From Felis catus (taxonomy: Eukaryota), in assembly GCF_018350175.1 (NCBI RefSeq), contig NC_058374.1, positions 82,274,001-82,338,000 of the forward strand: DNA of 64,000 bases, in the 5' to 3' direction. Every line of letters starts with the position of its first letter. Position 1 is the stretch's first letter. Position numbers and translations under genes: made by a program. Positions 35,650 through 46,400 of this stretch are shown one piece after another. The notes under the pieces are model-generated. The model worked only from the letters and a program-made list of their open reading frames with translations, was not told the origin of the DNA and searched no databases.

Positions 35650-37955
35650 TGACTGGGACCTGGCCCCTCACATCATGTCCTTCAGAGCTCCCAGCACCTA
35701 CTCCAAAGGTCTGGCATCCAGATATGTCATCCAGATATGCAACTGTGGGTGCCCTGGTAGGAGAGGCCCCATGACCTGGGAGCTGCCACCTGCAGAGGCC
35801 AGTGGGGGAGGGGAGCATGAGAAAGGAGTGAGGAGACTGGGAAGGACTGGAGGAGAGAGAAGGGAAGAGAAGAGTTGAGGACAGCTGGGAGATACAGGAG
35901 AGAATAGGGGAAGGGGAGGCATGGAAGGACGGGGGGGGGGGGGGGGGTGGTGAGGGAAACAATACAGAGGGGAAAAGAGATGCCAGGGAAACGGTGGGGA
36001 GGAGGAAGAGGAGGAGAGGGGAGGGAGACAGAGGAACCAAAGGGTGCAGCATCAGGGCCATCCCTTTGCTAGAGAGGATAGAAAGGGTGGTGGCTAGAAC
36101 TTAAGGTCAGGAGGTTGTGTCTGAATTAGGGAACTGAGACCTAAATCCAAAGGCCCCAGCTTTGGTTATAAGGGAGGCATGGGTGCTCGATGGCAGCTCC
36201 CAGACTACAGGGTTAGATCAAAACAAGGGCAAGGTCAGAGATGCCCTGGTTGGTGGAGTCACCATGGTGGCCCTCTCTGACTCCCCCAGATGCCTGGCAA
36301 GACAAGGTCACAGCACCCTAGTACCCAGGAGAACACCATCACTGCCAAAGTCACCTTACATCCTTTCTTCAAGGAAAGCGAGGCTCAGGGGCAGCCTGCA
36401 GATCCCGCAGATACCAGACACACAGACTCCGGGTGCACCCCGCCCACCCCCAGCAGGTGCCCTAAGTTCAGAGGTACTCGTGCCACACAGGCTCTACATG
36501 GCATGAATGGGGGGACTTTGGCCAAACGTTCACACTTCCTGAGCCTCAGCTTCCTCCCCCCTTAAGTAAGAGGAAAACTACTCCCTTCCACACCTTACAG
36601 GGCAGTTGTGAGGATTGCATAAGACATTAAGGGGATCGATTTTGTTACCTTAAGCCTTTATCCTACCCTGTTTTGGGGTAACATGAGAATGAAAATGATT
36701 TTGCTTTGAGAAATATCTGGACTCCACGCCACTTGACGTGGCCAAGGAAAGTGTTGGGAGAGACAATTCAGCCTCCTTGCATCCCTCCTTCCCACCTTGG
36801 TCTCAGCCCAGAGCCGCGTTTCAAGCCCCAGGGCCTTCCCCAGAACCCCCTCCACTGCCCAGGCTCCATCCGCAGCGCTCTGCCCCAGTGCTTGCCTGTT
36901 CCTTTCCCTGCTCCTTGGGCCGGACTTCTGGCCCCTCCTTCTCCCCAACCTTGCCTGGCTCCTGTCCCAGCCTCCTCACTGTTGCCAGTGGGGTCAATCC
37001 AGATGCTCAGCTGGTGAGTGAGCAAGGCAGGTGCCCCAGGCTGTTCATGCACAGCCTGGACCAGGAGGTCAGCTGCTGTGTGGTTCTGGTCCAGGGCCAG
37101 CTCAGGAGGGCAGTGGTCTCCCACCTGACAATCACAGACCCACACAACTAACCAGTCCCCTGGGATGCAGCAGACATGAACATGGGAGCAACGAGAAGAG
37201 GCAATGCTGGGACGGGGTAGTTACTTCAGGTTTCTGTTCCTTGGGGCATTCCTTCATCCATCCATCTATCCATCCAGTTACTGAAAGCCTAAACCAGCCA
37301 GGCACAGGGACTATAGAGATGAGTGAGACACAGTTCTAGTAGGCACAGACAACAAATAGTGTGGGTAGGGGTGTGCCAAAGAGAAGCTCTGGGTGCTGGG
37401 AGCCACCTACCACAGGCTCAGGGGAGCAGAGAGCACTGAAGGCCTCGGGGAGCATTCACTCAACCTGCTCACACAGTAGACTCCTTCCCGTGGATGCGGC
37501 CTTGCAGCCCAGGGCACTAGAAGTGAGGAGAGGATGCAGGGTTGAATGGGTGGGGGTCGCTGGCACCACCAGGCAGAGCCCAGAGCAGTCTGTCCTGCCC
37601 TCACATCTCTAATCTCTGGTTCCCATTCCCAGACCCCACCCAGACCTTCTGGCCATCCTCACACCCTCGCCATTGCTATGCACGCGCGCACACACCTCAT
37701 TTGGCAACAACCTTGACCTTCACTGCCCCGTGCTTTCTCCTAGACATTGGATTCCCTCTGAACATTCCAGCTCTCCTCACCTGGCAGCCCACCTCCTGGG
37801 TCAGCACACCCACCAGCATTCTGAAGTCCCTGGAGAAGGAGAACCGGCTTTATGCCCAGACCCCTCCTTTCCTTGGATCAGCAGGTGCCTCGTGCTGGCC
37901 AAACGGGGCACGGGGGCGGCCTTGGCCGTGGCCCCCAGCAGGACCCATGTCAGGC
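35650..37955 (-). pseudogene. Candidate decayed multi-exon RhoGAP-domain gene (unitary pseudogene-like)
   Basis: Colinear splice-site-bounded segments: 37955-37781 (PVPRL..HL..G / G.FR), 37124-36950 (HTAADLL..E.PG..LLT.QL..WI), 36395-36360 (LP...AFL), 36293-36210 (ESERATM-DSTN.GI), 35789-35700 (VAYL...TFG); frameshifts present; matched by eye only. Confidence 0.55.
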
Positions 37956-39027
37956 CTGGGCATGGAGAGGGAGCAATTGTTGAAAAAGATGGGAAAAGAT
38001 GGAGAAGCCTGGGGAGACTGAGTAAAGGTGGGAAAGAGGGTGCACCTGTGAGTCTGGAGGGCTGGGCCTGCCCTAAGAGGAGCTGAAGGGGGCAGGGTAG
38101 GGTATCTTTAGGAAGAAGGCCAGTGGGCAAAGAAAGATGTGACTTCCAAATGACTCTCAGAGTTCCCCAGCTGTACTCCACCTCCACCTGCTCCCCACAA
38201 AATACAAACTCTCTGGATCCCTCCTCCCGACCTCCAACTTCTCTTCAAGGGCCTGGGGTTAAAGAGGTTAACAGGCCTGCTAGGAGATCCAGCAGGGTAA
38301 TTATAGGGTTTAGAATGTGGTGTGGAAGAGGATGGTAATTACACAGTGAGGTCCTCTCTGGGGGCTTCAGGCTTTGTGGGCAGAGACCTGGGAGGAGTCC
38401 ATTCCACTAACATTCCAGCCCAGAATAGTCTCCCCAAACCACATTCCCAGAGGCTCACCCTGGGAGGGCAGGAGAAGGGGGAAGCAAGCCTAGTAGGGAA
38501 GCCCCTCAGCCCCTTCCCCTCAGCAGCTTCTCAATGACCCCAGTCCCTCCCCTCCTTGGAAAGACCTGCGGTGCCAGGGAATGAGCCACTGATCCTAAAA
38601 ATAGGGACTTTAGGAGGAAAAAGTGACAAGAGATGGCATTAGGGATCCTGGGTTGCTGCCCACTGACCCAGCTGTGAGGGATAAGGCAGTTTAAGTATGC
38701 GGGGTAGTCTGCGGGGAAGGGGTGCACGATGGCAGGAGTCCTCCCTCTTTATAGAGCTTCCCCAGTTCTGGTGTCTCCTGCTCCGAGAGTGGCCCAGGTG
38801 TCTCTGGCTTGAACCCTGGTGACCGGCTCCCAAGACCTCCAGTTCCTCTTCCTGAGCATGGAACAGACCCTCCACCCGAGGCTACACAAGCGCCTCTTTC
38901 CTCCAGTAGCTCCTGAAACCTTACCCCTCCCCCTGGGACACCTCCTGCTTCTCTCCGGGCAGCTCGCAGCCTTCAAACCTCAATGCCTTCCCTTAGGCCC
39001 CGACCCACATTTGCCGTGAACCAGTCA

Positions 39028-39130
39028 GGACCTTGAAGGAGGCGGGCCTTGAAGGTTGCCTGGGTAACGCCTGAGAGGGGCACCCCTGGCAGGAAGACAG
39101 TTGCTAGGGAGACCAGGACAGTGGGCGGGG
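39028..39130. promoter_or_regulatory. Orphan promoter-like cluster: two RFX X-boxes, two NR5A/ERR-like half sites, GC box
   Basis: GTTGCCTGGGTAAC 39055-39068, GTTGCTAGGGAGAC 39100-39113, TCAAGG (minus) within 39028-39037 and 39045-39053, GGGCGGGG 39123-39130; minus-strand donor GG|GTAAGG at 38925/38924. Confidence 0.55.
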
Positions 39131-39500
39131 CCCCAAACCCTGGTTAGCCTGTTTGGGGATGAGAAAAGATCTAAATGTCCAGATACTCTCTCCCAGCTCC
39201 TTTTCGGTGAAGCCTCCAGGGCCCCCTCCTGGGGACTGGGTCTAGGGCAGCTGGAAGTCTGAAGCTTCTGAAAGAGCCCTCCCAGGGGTTAGTTCCTGCA
39301 GCTCAGGGGATCCCAACAGTAATCAAGCCTGAGAGAACTAAGGAACGAGGCAAGATGCGGGAAGGTCTGGAGAAAGAAACAAGGCTTAACGCATTATGAT
39401 ATAGAACTCTTGGGTTAGAAATCTAAAGTGAAAATATGCAAAGTATGCAAAGCAAAACAGCAGTTCTAGTCCCACCTCCAAGGAGCTAAAATTCCAGATT

Positions 39501-39519
39501 CTACCACCAGATGGCAGTC
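39501..39519 (+). promoter_or_regulatory. CTCF-like motif upstream of GDF11
   Basis: CTACCACCAGATGGCAGTC matches core CCASYAGRKGGCRS. Confidence 0.6.
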
Positions 39520-42500
39520 TTGCCCACTCATTGGATTAAGCCCAGTCCTGGAACTGGTGGGGAAGCCAGGAGGTGAAAATCTTTTCTGTCTCACAAGTTG
39601 TTCCTGACTCCTGCTCTCTGGCATTTGGCAGACACTCATAACTCCTCATGGCCATAAATACCCAGTTTTCTCTCCCCCCAACCCGGCTCTGACCAGATCC
39701 AGTTAGCGGGGTCCATTCATTCTGCTTTCAAAGGAGCTAAGGAACACTTCCGTGGAAAAATTTCCTGTTGCCTTGGATCCCAGTCACAGTGTAAGGGTGA
39801 TAAATTGGGGTAATAGGAATGACTAATTAACTCATTTAGAATTGTGTGTCAGGGGGAAAAAAGAATTCTGTGTCAGGGAGTTAATCCTCATAACCTTATG
39901 AAATAGGTACAATATTGTTATCCCCATCTTACGGATAAGCATAAAGAGCCAAGTTTACACAGCCAGGTAAACAGGAGGGCTGGACCTTGAACCCAGGCAG
40001 ACTGGTTCTAGTCTAGAAGCTATGTAAGAGTAACCTCCATACCACACAGAATGGTGCAGAGGTAGCTAGGGAGAGCATCTACTCTAGGCTTTGGAGTCAG
40101 GACTGGACTTTTGGAAGACATGTCTAAAATCTCTACACTGCAACCTGAAGACAATAAATTTGGCCAAGAGACTGGGGAGTGGGGGCAGGGGAAGTAGAAA
40201 GGGTAGTTGTTCCAAGAAGAGGAAACAATTTATGCAAAGATTCAGAGATGATCAAGAGAAGAAAGGTGAAGTCTAGCTCCAGGCTTCTGGCCTGATGATT
40301 CTTATTCAATAAAATGAAAATGTGCCTCAGCAATGGCACACTGGGGGCACATTTTCAGGGGAGAGAAGGAGTTATCTATTTATCATATTTAACTCGTGAT
40401 ATTTGAGGTAACTTGGGACATCGAGATAGAAATATCAAGAAGGCATCTGTCTTGGAGTTTTGGCTGCTACTGTTTACCTAGTGTCATGTCCACTCTAGAT
40501 GATTCCTGAGGAAAGGGGCTGAGTCATTTATCTTTGCATCTCTCGTAGACCTACCATTAGAAACATGCTTAGTGAGGAAGAGAAGGCTAGGCAGCTTCCT
40601 CCCAGGAAGGAGAAGGAGGTGATACCACCTCTGCTCTCGAGGAGTTTCGCTGAGGAAATTACATCAGAGAAACATTTTGGAGAACAGGCTAGGCCAGGAT
40701 ATGTGGTAAAGGCAATCATTGCTCTAGGAGATCAGAAAGGAAAGAGTCACAAAGAAGAAGGAGCCCATCAAGGCCACTATTGATTGATTGATTACTATGT
40801 AATCCTCACAGCTTGTTGCAGAGAGATGGTGTGATCCACATTTTATAGATGAAGAAACTTGATGAAATGTTGAGATGCCCGTGTCTTGGTCCAAAGCAAG
40901 AGAGAGAACAAACTGTCTAATTTACTCCATTCTGTTGCAGTCTTAGTTCCTGTTCTCCACGGAAATGGTTCATCTCTTCAAAGCTCCCCAGCTTGGTTTT
41001 CCGGATCCCTACCCAACCTTCCTGCCTCACACCTGGACCTCCAGTTTCTTCCCTCATTTCACTCCAGCTCCCAACCCAACTTTGTCCTTATGCCTAGTGT
41101 TCCATTTCAAGACATTCTCTTGGGCTCTAATCCACAGAGGAAAGCAGTGTCTCTTTTTTCTGCCTGAGAAGCCCAATAATGATCATCTCGTTACTCAATA
41201 AAACACTGTGTGTACCAGGAAGTGAGCAAGACCCAATCTCTTCAAACATTTTCAATCTACTGGTTGTCTATTGATCTCCAGGGCTCTGGACTCAAGAAAT
41301 AAGCATGGGCAAACTGAGGACTGGGAAAAAGAATCCAGAACCCGAAGTCAAGCACCTCAGGAGCATGTTAGCTCTCTTTCACTCTGCCCTCTAGCTGCAC
41401 CCAGAGTCACACCTGCAAGCTAGGGCTGGTCCCACATCTGGGTTTCTCCCTTTGCAACTTGCTGTCTCCAACTCAAGGCGGCTGAGGGCAGACTTCTCTC
41501 TCATTCTCTGCAATCACAAGAGCCTTCTCAGACTTCTAAGACCCTGCAGATGCAACAGTGTAGCTAGGAATTCAGAGTCCCAGATTCCTCTGCAAGCAAG
41601 TGGTCTCCCGCATGCTTCCTCTACTCCTCCCCCAGTCCCAGTGGTCCCCAGTGGTCCATAGTTCCTGCCTTTTTCCAGCCTGCTGACTCCTTTATCCCTT
41701 TCAGGCCTCAATTTCAGGCTCACACTCTTCCCAGCTCTAAGACTCCCTCTTGTATCAGGGCTTCCCACCACCTCCCCAACTGCTCAGATTGTCCCTGTTC
41801 TCTTTCTCTCCTAGTCTCTCTTGCTACCCCCATGTCCCTTCCCTCCATTTCACTGTTCCTGAGCCCCTAGGGAGCCTAGCCTGATGCTTCCCTCCATGGC
41901 TTCTGGAAACATTTTATTTGGGCTACCTCTGGTAGCTGGGGTTCCTCTGGGTTCAAATTCTCTACCTCCTCTCCCTTGGGCTCTCCATACTCCCACCAAG
42001 GCTGACCCTGTCACTGTGCTGTCTCTCCTTCCCTTGCCGAGTCTCTTGTCTTCTCATCTCTGCCTTCCTCTGATCTTCTGTGCCTGCCTCTTCAGGGGCT
42101 CCCTTGGCATCTCCCAAGCCTCCCTTTCTAGATTTCTCTCCCTCTCCTTCTTTCCCGGGGCTCTGGTCTCTGTCCCATCAGTTCCTCTGCCCCGGTTCCC
42201 ATCTCTCTGTATCCCTGACCTCTTGCGGTCTGGCTCCATAGACCTCCATCTCTTCCCTCGGTCTGGCCATACTTCTCTCCTCTCTCTGGTCTCTCTCCCC
42301 TGTCTTTGTCCCTGATTCTCCCCCCTCTAACTGTCCCACTAGTTCTACCAGTCTCTTTCCTTCTCTGTCTCTGTCTCTCTAGCTAAGTCTCTCCCCTCTC
42401 TGTCTTCTCCCCTCTGTCTTCTCCCCCCTTTGTCTCTCTTTCCTCTTGCTGCTGCTCTTCCTCTCTGTCTCTTGATCTGTCTCCTACGTCTTTATCTCTC

Positions 42501-42580
42501 TGTCTCTCCTTGGTCTCTCTGACCCTGACTTTCTCTTTCTCTCCATTCCTCTCCCTCACCCCAGTATCTCTGTCTCTTCA

Positions 42581-43111
42581 NNNNNNNNNNNNNNNNNNNN
42601 NNNNNNNNNNNNNNNNNNNNNNNNNNNNNNNNNNNNNNNNNNNNNNNNNNNNNNNNNNNNNNNNNNNNNNNNNNNNNNNNNNNNNNNNNNNNNNNNNNNN
42701 NNNNNNNNNNNNNNNNNNNNNNNNNNNNNNNNNNNNNNNNNNNNNNNNNNNNNNNNNNNNNNNNNNNNNNNNNNNNNNNNNNNNNNNNNNNNNNNNNNNN
42801 NNNNNNNNNNNNNNNNNNNNNNNNNNNNNNNNNNNNNNNNNNNNNNNNNNNNNNNNNNNNNNNNNNNNNNNNNNNNNNNNNNNNNNNNNNNNNNNNNNNN
42901 NNNNNNNNNNNNNNNNNNNNNNNNNNNNNNNNNNNNNNNNNNNNNNNNNNNNNNNNNNNNNNNNNNNNNNNNNNNNNNNNNNNNNNNNNNNNNNNNNNNN
43001 NNNNNNNNNNNNNNNNNNNNNNNNNNNNNNNNNNNNNNNNNNNNNNNNNNNNNNNNNNNNNNNNNNNNNNNNNNNNNNNNNNNNNNNNNNNNNNNNNNNN
43101 NNNNNNNNNNN
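42581..43111. other. Assembly gap covering the GDF11 promoter and start (other gaps: 11952-12132, 45264-45485, 48579-48734, 51249-51451)
   Basis: Runs of N. Confidence 0.99.
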
Positions 43112-43409
43112 CGGCCGGCCCCGTCCGTGGCGCCCGAGCCCGACGGCTGCCCCGTGTGCGTGTGGCGGCAGCACAGCCGCGAGCTGCGCCTGGAGAGCAT
43201 CAAGTCACAGATCCTGAGCAAACTGCGGCTCAAGGAGGCGCCCAACATCAGCCGCGAGGTGGTGAAGCAGCTGCTGCCCAAGGCGCCGCCACTACAGCAG
43301 ATCCTGGACCTGCACGACTTCCAGGGCGACGCGCTGCAGCCCGAGGACTTCCTGGAGGAGGACGAGTACCACGCCACCACCGAGACTGTCATTAGCATGG
43401 CTCAGGAGA
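43112..43409 (+). CDS. GDF11: GDF11 (BMP-11) exon 1, visible 3' part; start lies in N gap 42581-43111
   Basis: RPAPSVAPEPDGCPVCVWRQHSRELRLESIKSQILSKLRL...DFQG|DALQPE...ISMAQE; donor A|gtaagt. Confidence 0.95.
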
Positions 43410-46400
43410 GTAAGTGGGCGGCGGGGCGCGAGCAGTGGGGTGCTGGCTCGGGCTCCGGGAAAGTGAGCGCCTCCCGCTCTGAAGCGGGGCGCTCGCGGCT
43501 GCTCTGGCCCAGAAGCCTTTTCTGCGAAAACTTGACTGATTGGGGGACGGGGGCTGCTCCGTAGAAGTTTTTTGAGCAGTGGAGATGGGCTGCGGAGTTG
43601 TATGCACACTCGGTTCCCTGAGGTGGGAGGGCAAACCGAGAGGGTTGCGAGATACCACCGCCTTCCACCCCGTGTGTGCGAAAAAAGACCCGTGTTGCGG
43701 GGAGACTGGGGAAGCTGGGGCCCATTCGCAGCGGCGTGGAAGGGGCAACAGCTCAGTCCTGAGGGGCGATGGTGGAGAGGCTGGAGAACCGTATCGGGAC
43801 ACTTCGGGACCCCCGCAGTCCCTAGCGGGCTGCGGTGCTCTCTGCCTCCCAATGGCCTTGGCACCAACTCTCCACCCTTTCCACCCCTGGCACCGCAGCG
43901 CGCCCACTTGAGCTGCAGAGAACTGAGCGCTCTTCTCCCTCCAGCAGGAGTGAGGTCCCAGAGCCCCGTGTCTCTCCTGGCAGCCCAACTGGCACTCATT
44001 TCACCCAGAGCCCTTCTGACACCAGGTCTCCCAAGGGGCTGGAAAAGCTGTGTCTTCTCCCTACTGACCGAGCTCAGAGAACTCAACTCTTGCGCTAGGG
44101 CTAAGGGCACCCCTTTGGCTACTCAAAGCTTATCGTTCCTTTCCATATTCACCCGCCTTTACTAGAAACCGGATTTGAGGAGAGAGAGGGAGATCTAGGG
44201 AAAAAAAGAAAGAAATAGATAAGGAGGGAGGGGGAACCCAGGCATTCAAGCCCCTGGCCAAACGGAAGATGAACATGTTAATAGACTTGAGCTGCTTTGA
44301 AATTTTATGGCCTGGAAAATCCAGGCCAACCCCCCCCCCCAGCTCTCCCTAGGGTCAGATGACTCCCTTTCCCCTCCCCCACTGAGGTCCCTTCACCCCT
44401 TCCCCGCTCCAACTCCAGGGAACCAGGCCCTCTCTTATTCCCTAGTGGTTTGGCAAAGTCACTCCCCCCACCCCACAGTTTGGTTTTATGGCTCTGAACA
44501 GAAGGGGGGGGGACTGGTTTATTGGCAGATGGGTCATAAAAAGCTGGGGGCTGAGGTGGAGTCCTAGTAGCCCACCCCATGGGAGAAGCAGGAACCCAGG
44601 TGTGCTTCTAGGAGGCTGAGTTCCTCATACTGCCACCAGTCTTTCTGCAGACACTAACTCCACAATACTTGGCCAGGCCATAAAGAAAAGAAAACCCAAA
44701 TGACTAGGAAACTTGCTGAGGAGGGTGGTGGTGGTGGTGGTGGTGAAGAAAGCCTGGGATCTGTCTGGGTTCCTCAGTCTCCCTTGTGTTCCTGAGGTTT
44801 CTGCTTTACAGAAGCTAGGGTCAGTCTAAGATTGACTGAAGGCAGGGGTGGGGGTGGGGATTCTAGGAAACAGTTGTAGAGGAATTCTGAAAAAGAGTTT
44901 GCTGGAAGAAGATGAAGGGTACAGAGGGAAAAGGTACTCTGGTCCCTGTGGTATAGTGTGTGTAAGGAGTTTCAGAATGGGTGATGGACCTTCCCCTTGC
45001 CTTTCTCCACCCTTAGCATCTCTTAACCAACGGACTCGAGCCCAGAGTTAGTCTTGGTAAAGGGGGTGCAGGAAGTGAAGGCACTCTGTGCTTGCATCGG
45101 GAAGTGCAGGTTAGGCTGGGGTGAGGGGGGGTGCAGGGAAGAACACCAGTAGGTGGGGTTCTTCCCGAACTTCCGCCCTCTTTTCACTTAAGGATAACTA
45201 GGGAACTAGGTCTCCAGCCAGGTATTGTACGTCCCCTTTAAGAGCAAAGCTGAGCTCTTATGANNNNNNNNNNNNNNNNNNNNNNNNNNNNNNNNNNNNN
45301 NNNNNNNNNNNNNNNNNNNNNNNNNNNNNNNNNNNNNNNNNNNNNNNNNNNNNNNNNNNNNNNNNNNNNNNNNNNNNNNNNNNNNNNNNNNNNNNNNNNN
45401 NNNNNNNNNNNNNNNNNNNNNNNNNNNNNNNNNNNNNNNNNNNNNNNNNNNNNNNNNNNNNNNNNNNNNNNNNNNNNNNNNNNNNGCCCTAGTTCCCTCC
45501 ACCCTTTCAGGCTCTCCCACCCCAGCCTTCATCCTGGGAACCCAGCCCCCTTGCCCTTCTGGGAGCCAAGCCCAGCCCCTCAGTTTCTCTCTGCTCTCAT
45601 ACACCAAGAGGCCCCTGCCCTCTCAGCCCAACCTCCTGCCCCTAGGCCTTCCAGCCTGGGTAAGGAGAGTGTGTAAGGGGGTTGGGGGGGGGGGGCGGTG
45701 GAGGAGGAGGTGGTGAGCTGGGAGGGGGTTGGGCTTTTGCTGAAAATAGTGCAATGACCTCTCTCCAGACCAGCACCGCCTACTAAACCTGACCTGCTGC
45801 CTGCCATCAACCCGATCAATCCAACACAGATGTGGCTCCTTCCCCTCCCCTTGGGAGCTGGGCCTATGTGTGTGTTGGGGACTCTCCCAAGCCTCTTGTT
45901 TCCCTCTGTGGCACTACCTGCTTCTCCTTTGTTCCTCTCTCTGTATCCTTCTATCCTTTCTCTTTACCCCACAGAGCTTACTACCTTCCTCCTTTCACTT
46001 TTTAGCCTCCACCTATTCCTTTTGCATTCCCCCTTCTCTCCCAGTGTTCTTCAACTCCCAAGCTTATTTCTTCTCCCCCTACCATGATCTTCCCCTCTCC
46101 CTTCCTCCTCTCCTCCAGTTCTCTTGCCTGTCTTTTTCAGCCTGCCTTCATCTCTAACAGTCTCTTCTCTGTTCTTATCTCTCTCACCACCTCCAGTCTC
46201 TTTCCTGTCTCTTCTCCTTTCCCTTTTCTTTCTCCATCCATCTTGGCCCTGTCCCCTTGTAGTACCAATTGTCCCACATCCACTGGGGGAGAAGGGGATG
46301 GTGATTCCCTGGAGTATCTGTCTGAAGAAACCAAAGACTTCGAGGGATGGGGCCCTGGTGCCCAATTCTCCATTTCTAAACCTTGGGTCAGCTTAGGTAG

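Noticed and set aside
36950-37124. BTG/Tob-like reading of LLTHQLSIWIDP (cf. LPxELxxWxDP)
   Set aside because: Needs large deletions and lacks the GSGYRCI box; neighbouring segments fit RhoGAP order much better.
37781-37955. Secreted peptide or cytokine reading (LTWVLLGATAKA-APVP signal-like; FSRDFRMLVGVL resembling PHI/GHRH)
   Set aside because: No His/Tyr peptide start or dibasic sites, an in-frame TAA precedes the second motif, and both pieces are explained as RhoGAP VPRL and FR motifs.
42510-43398. ORFs spanning N runs
   Set aside because: Open only because N codons contain no stops.
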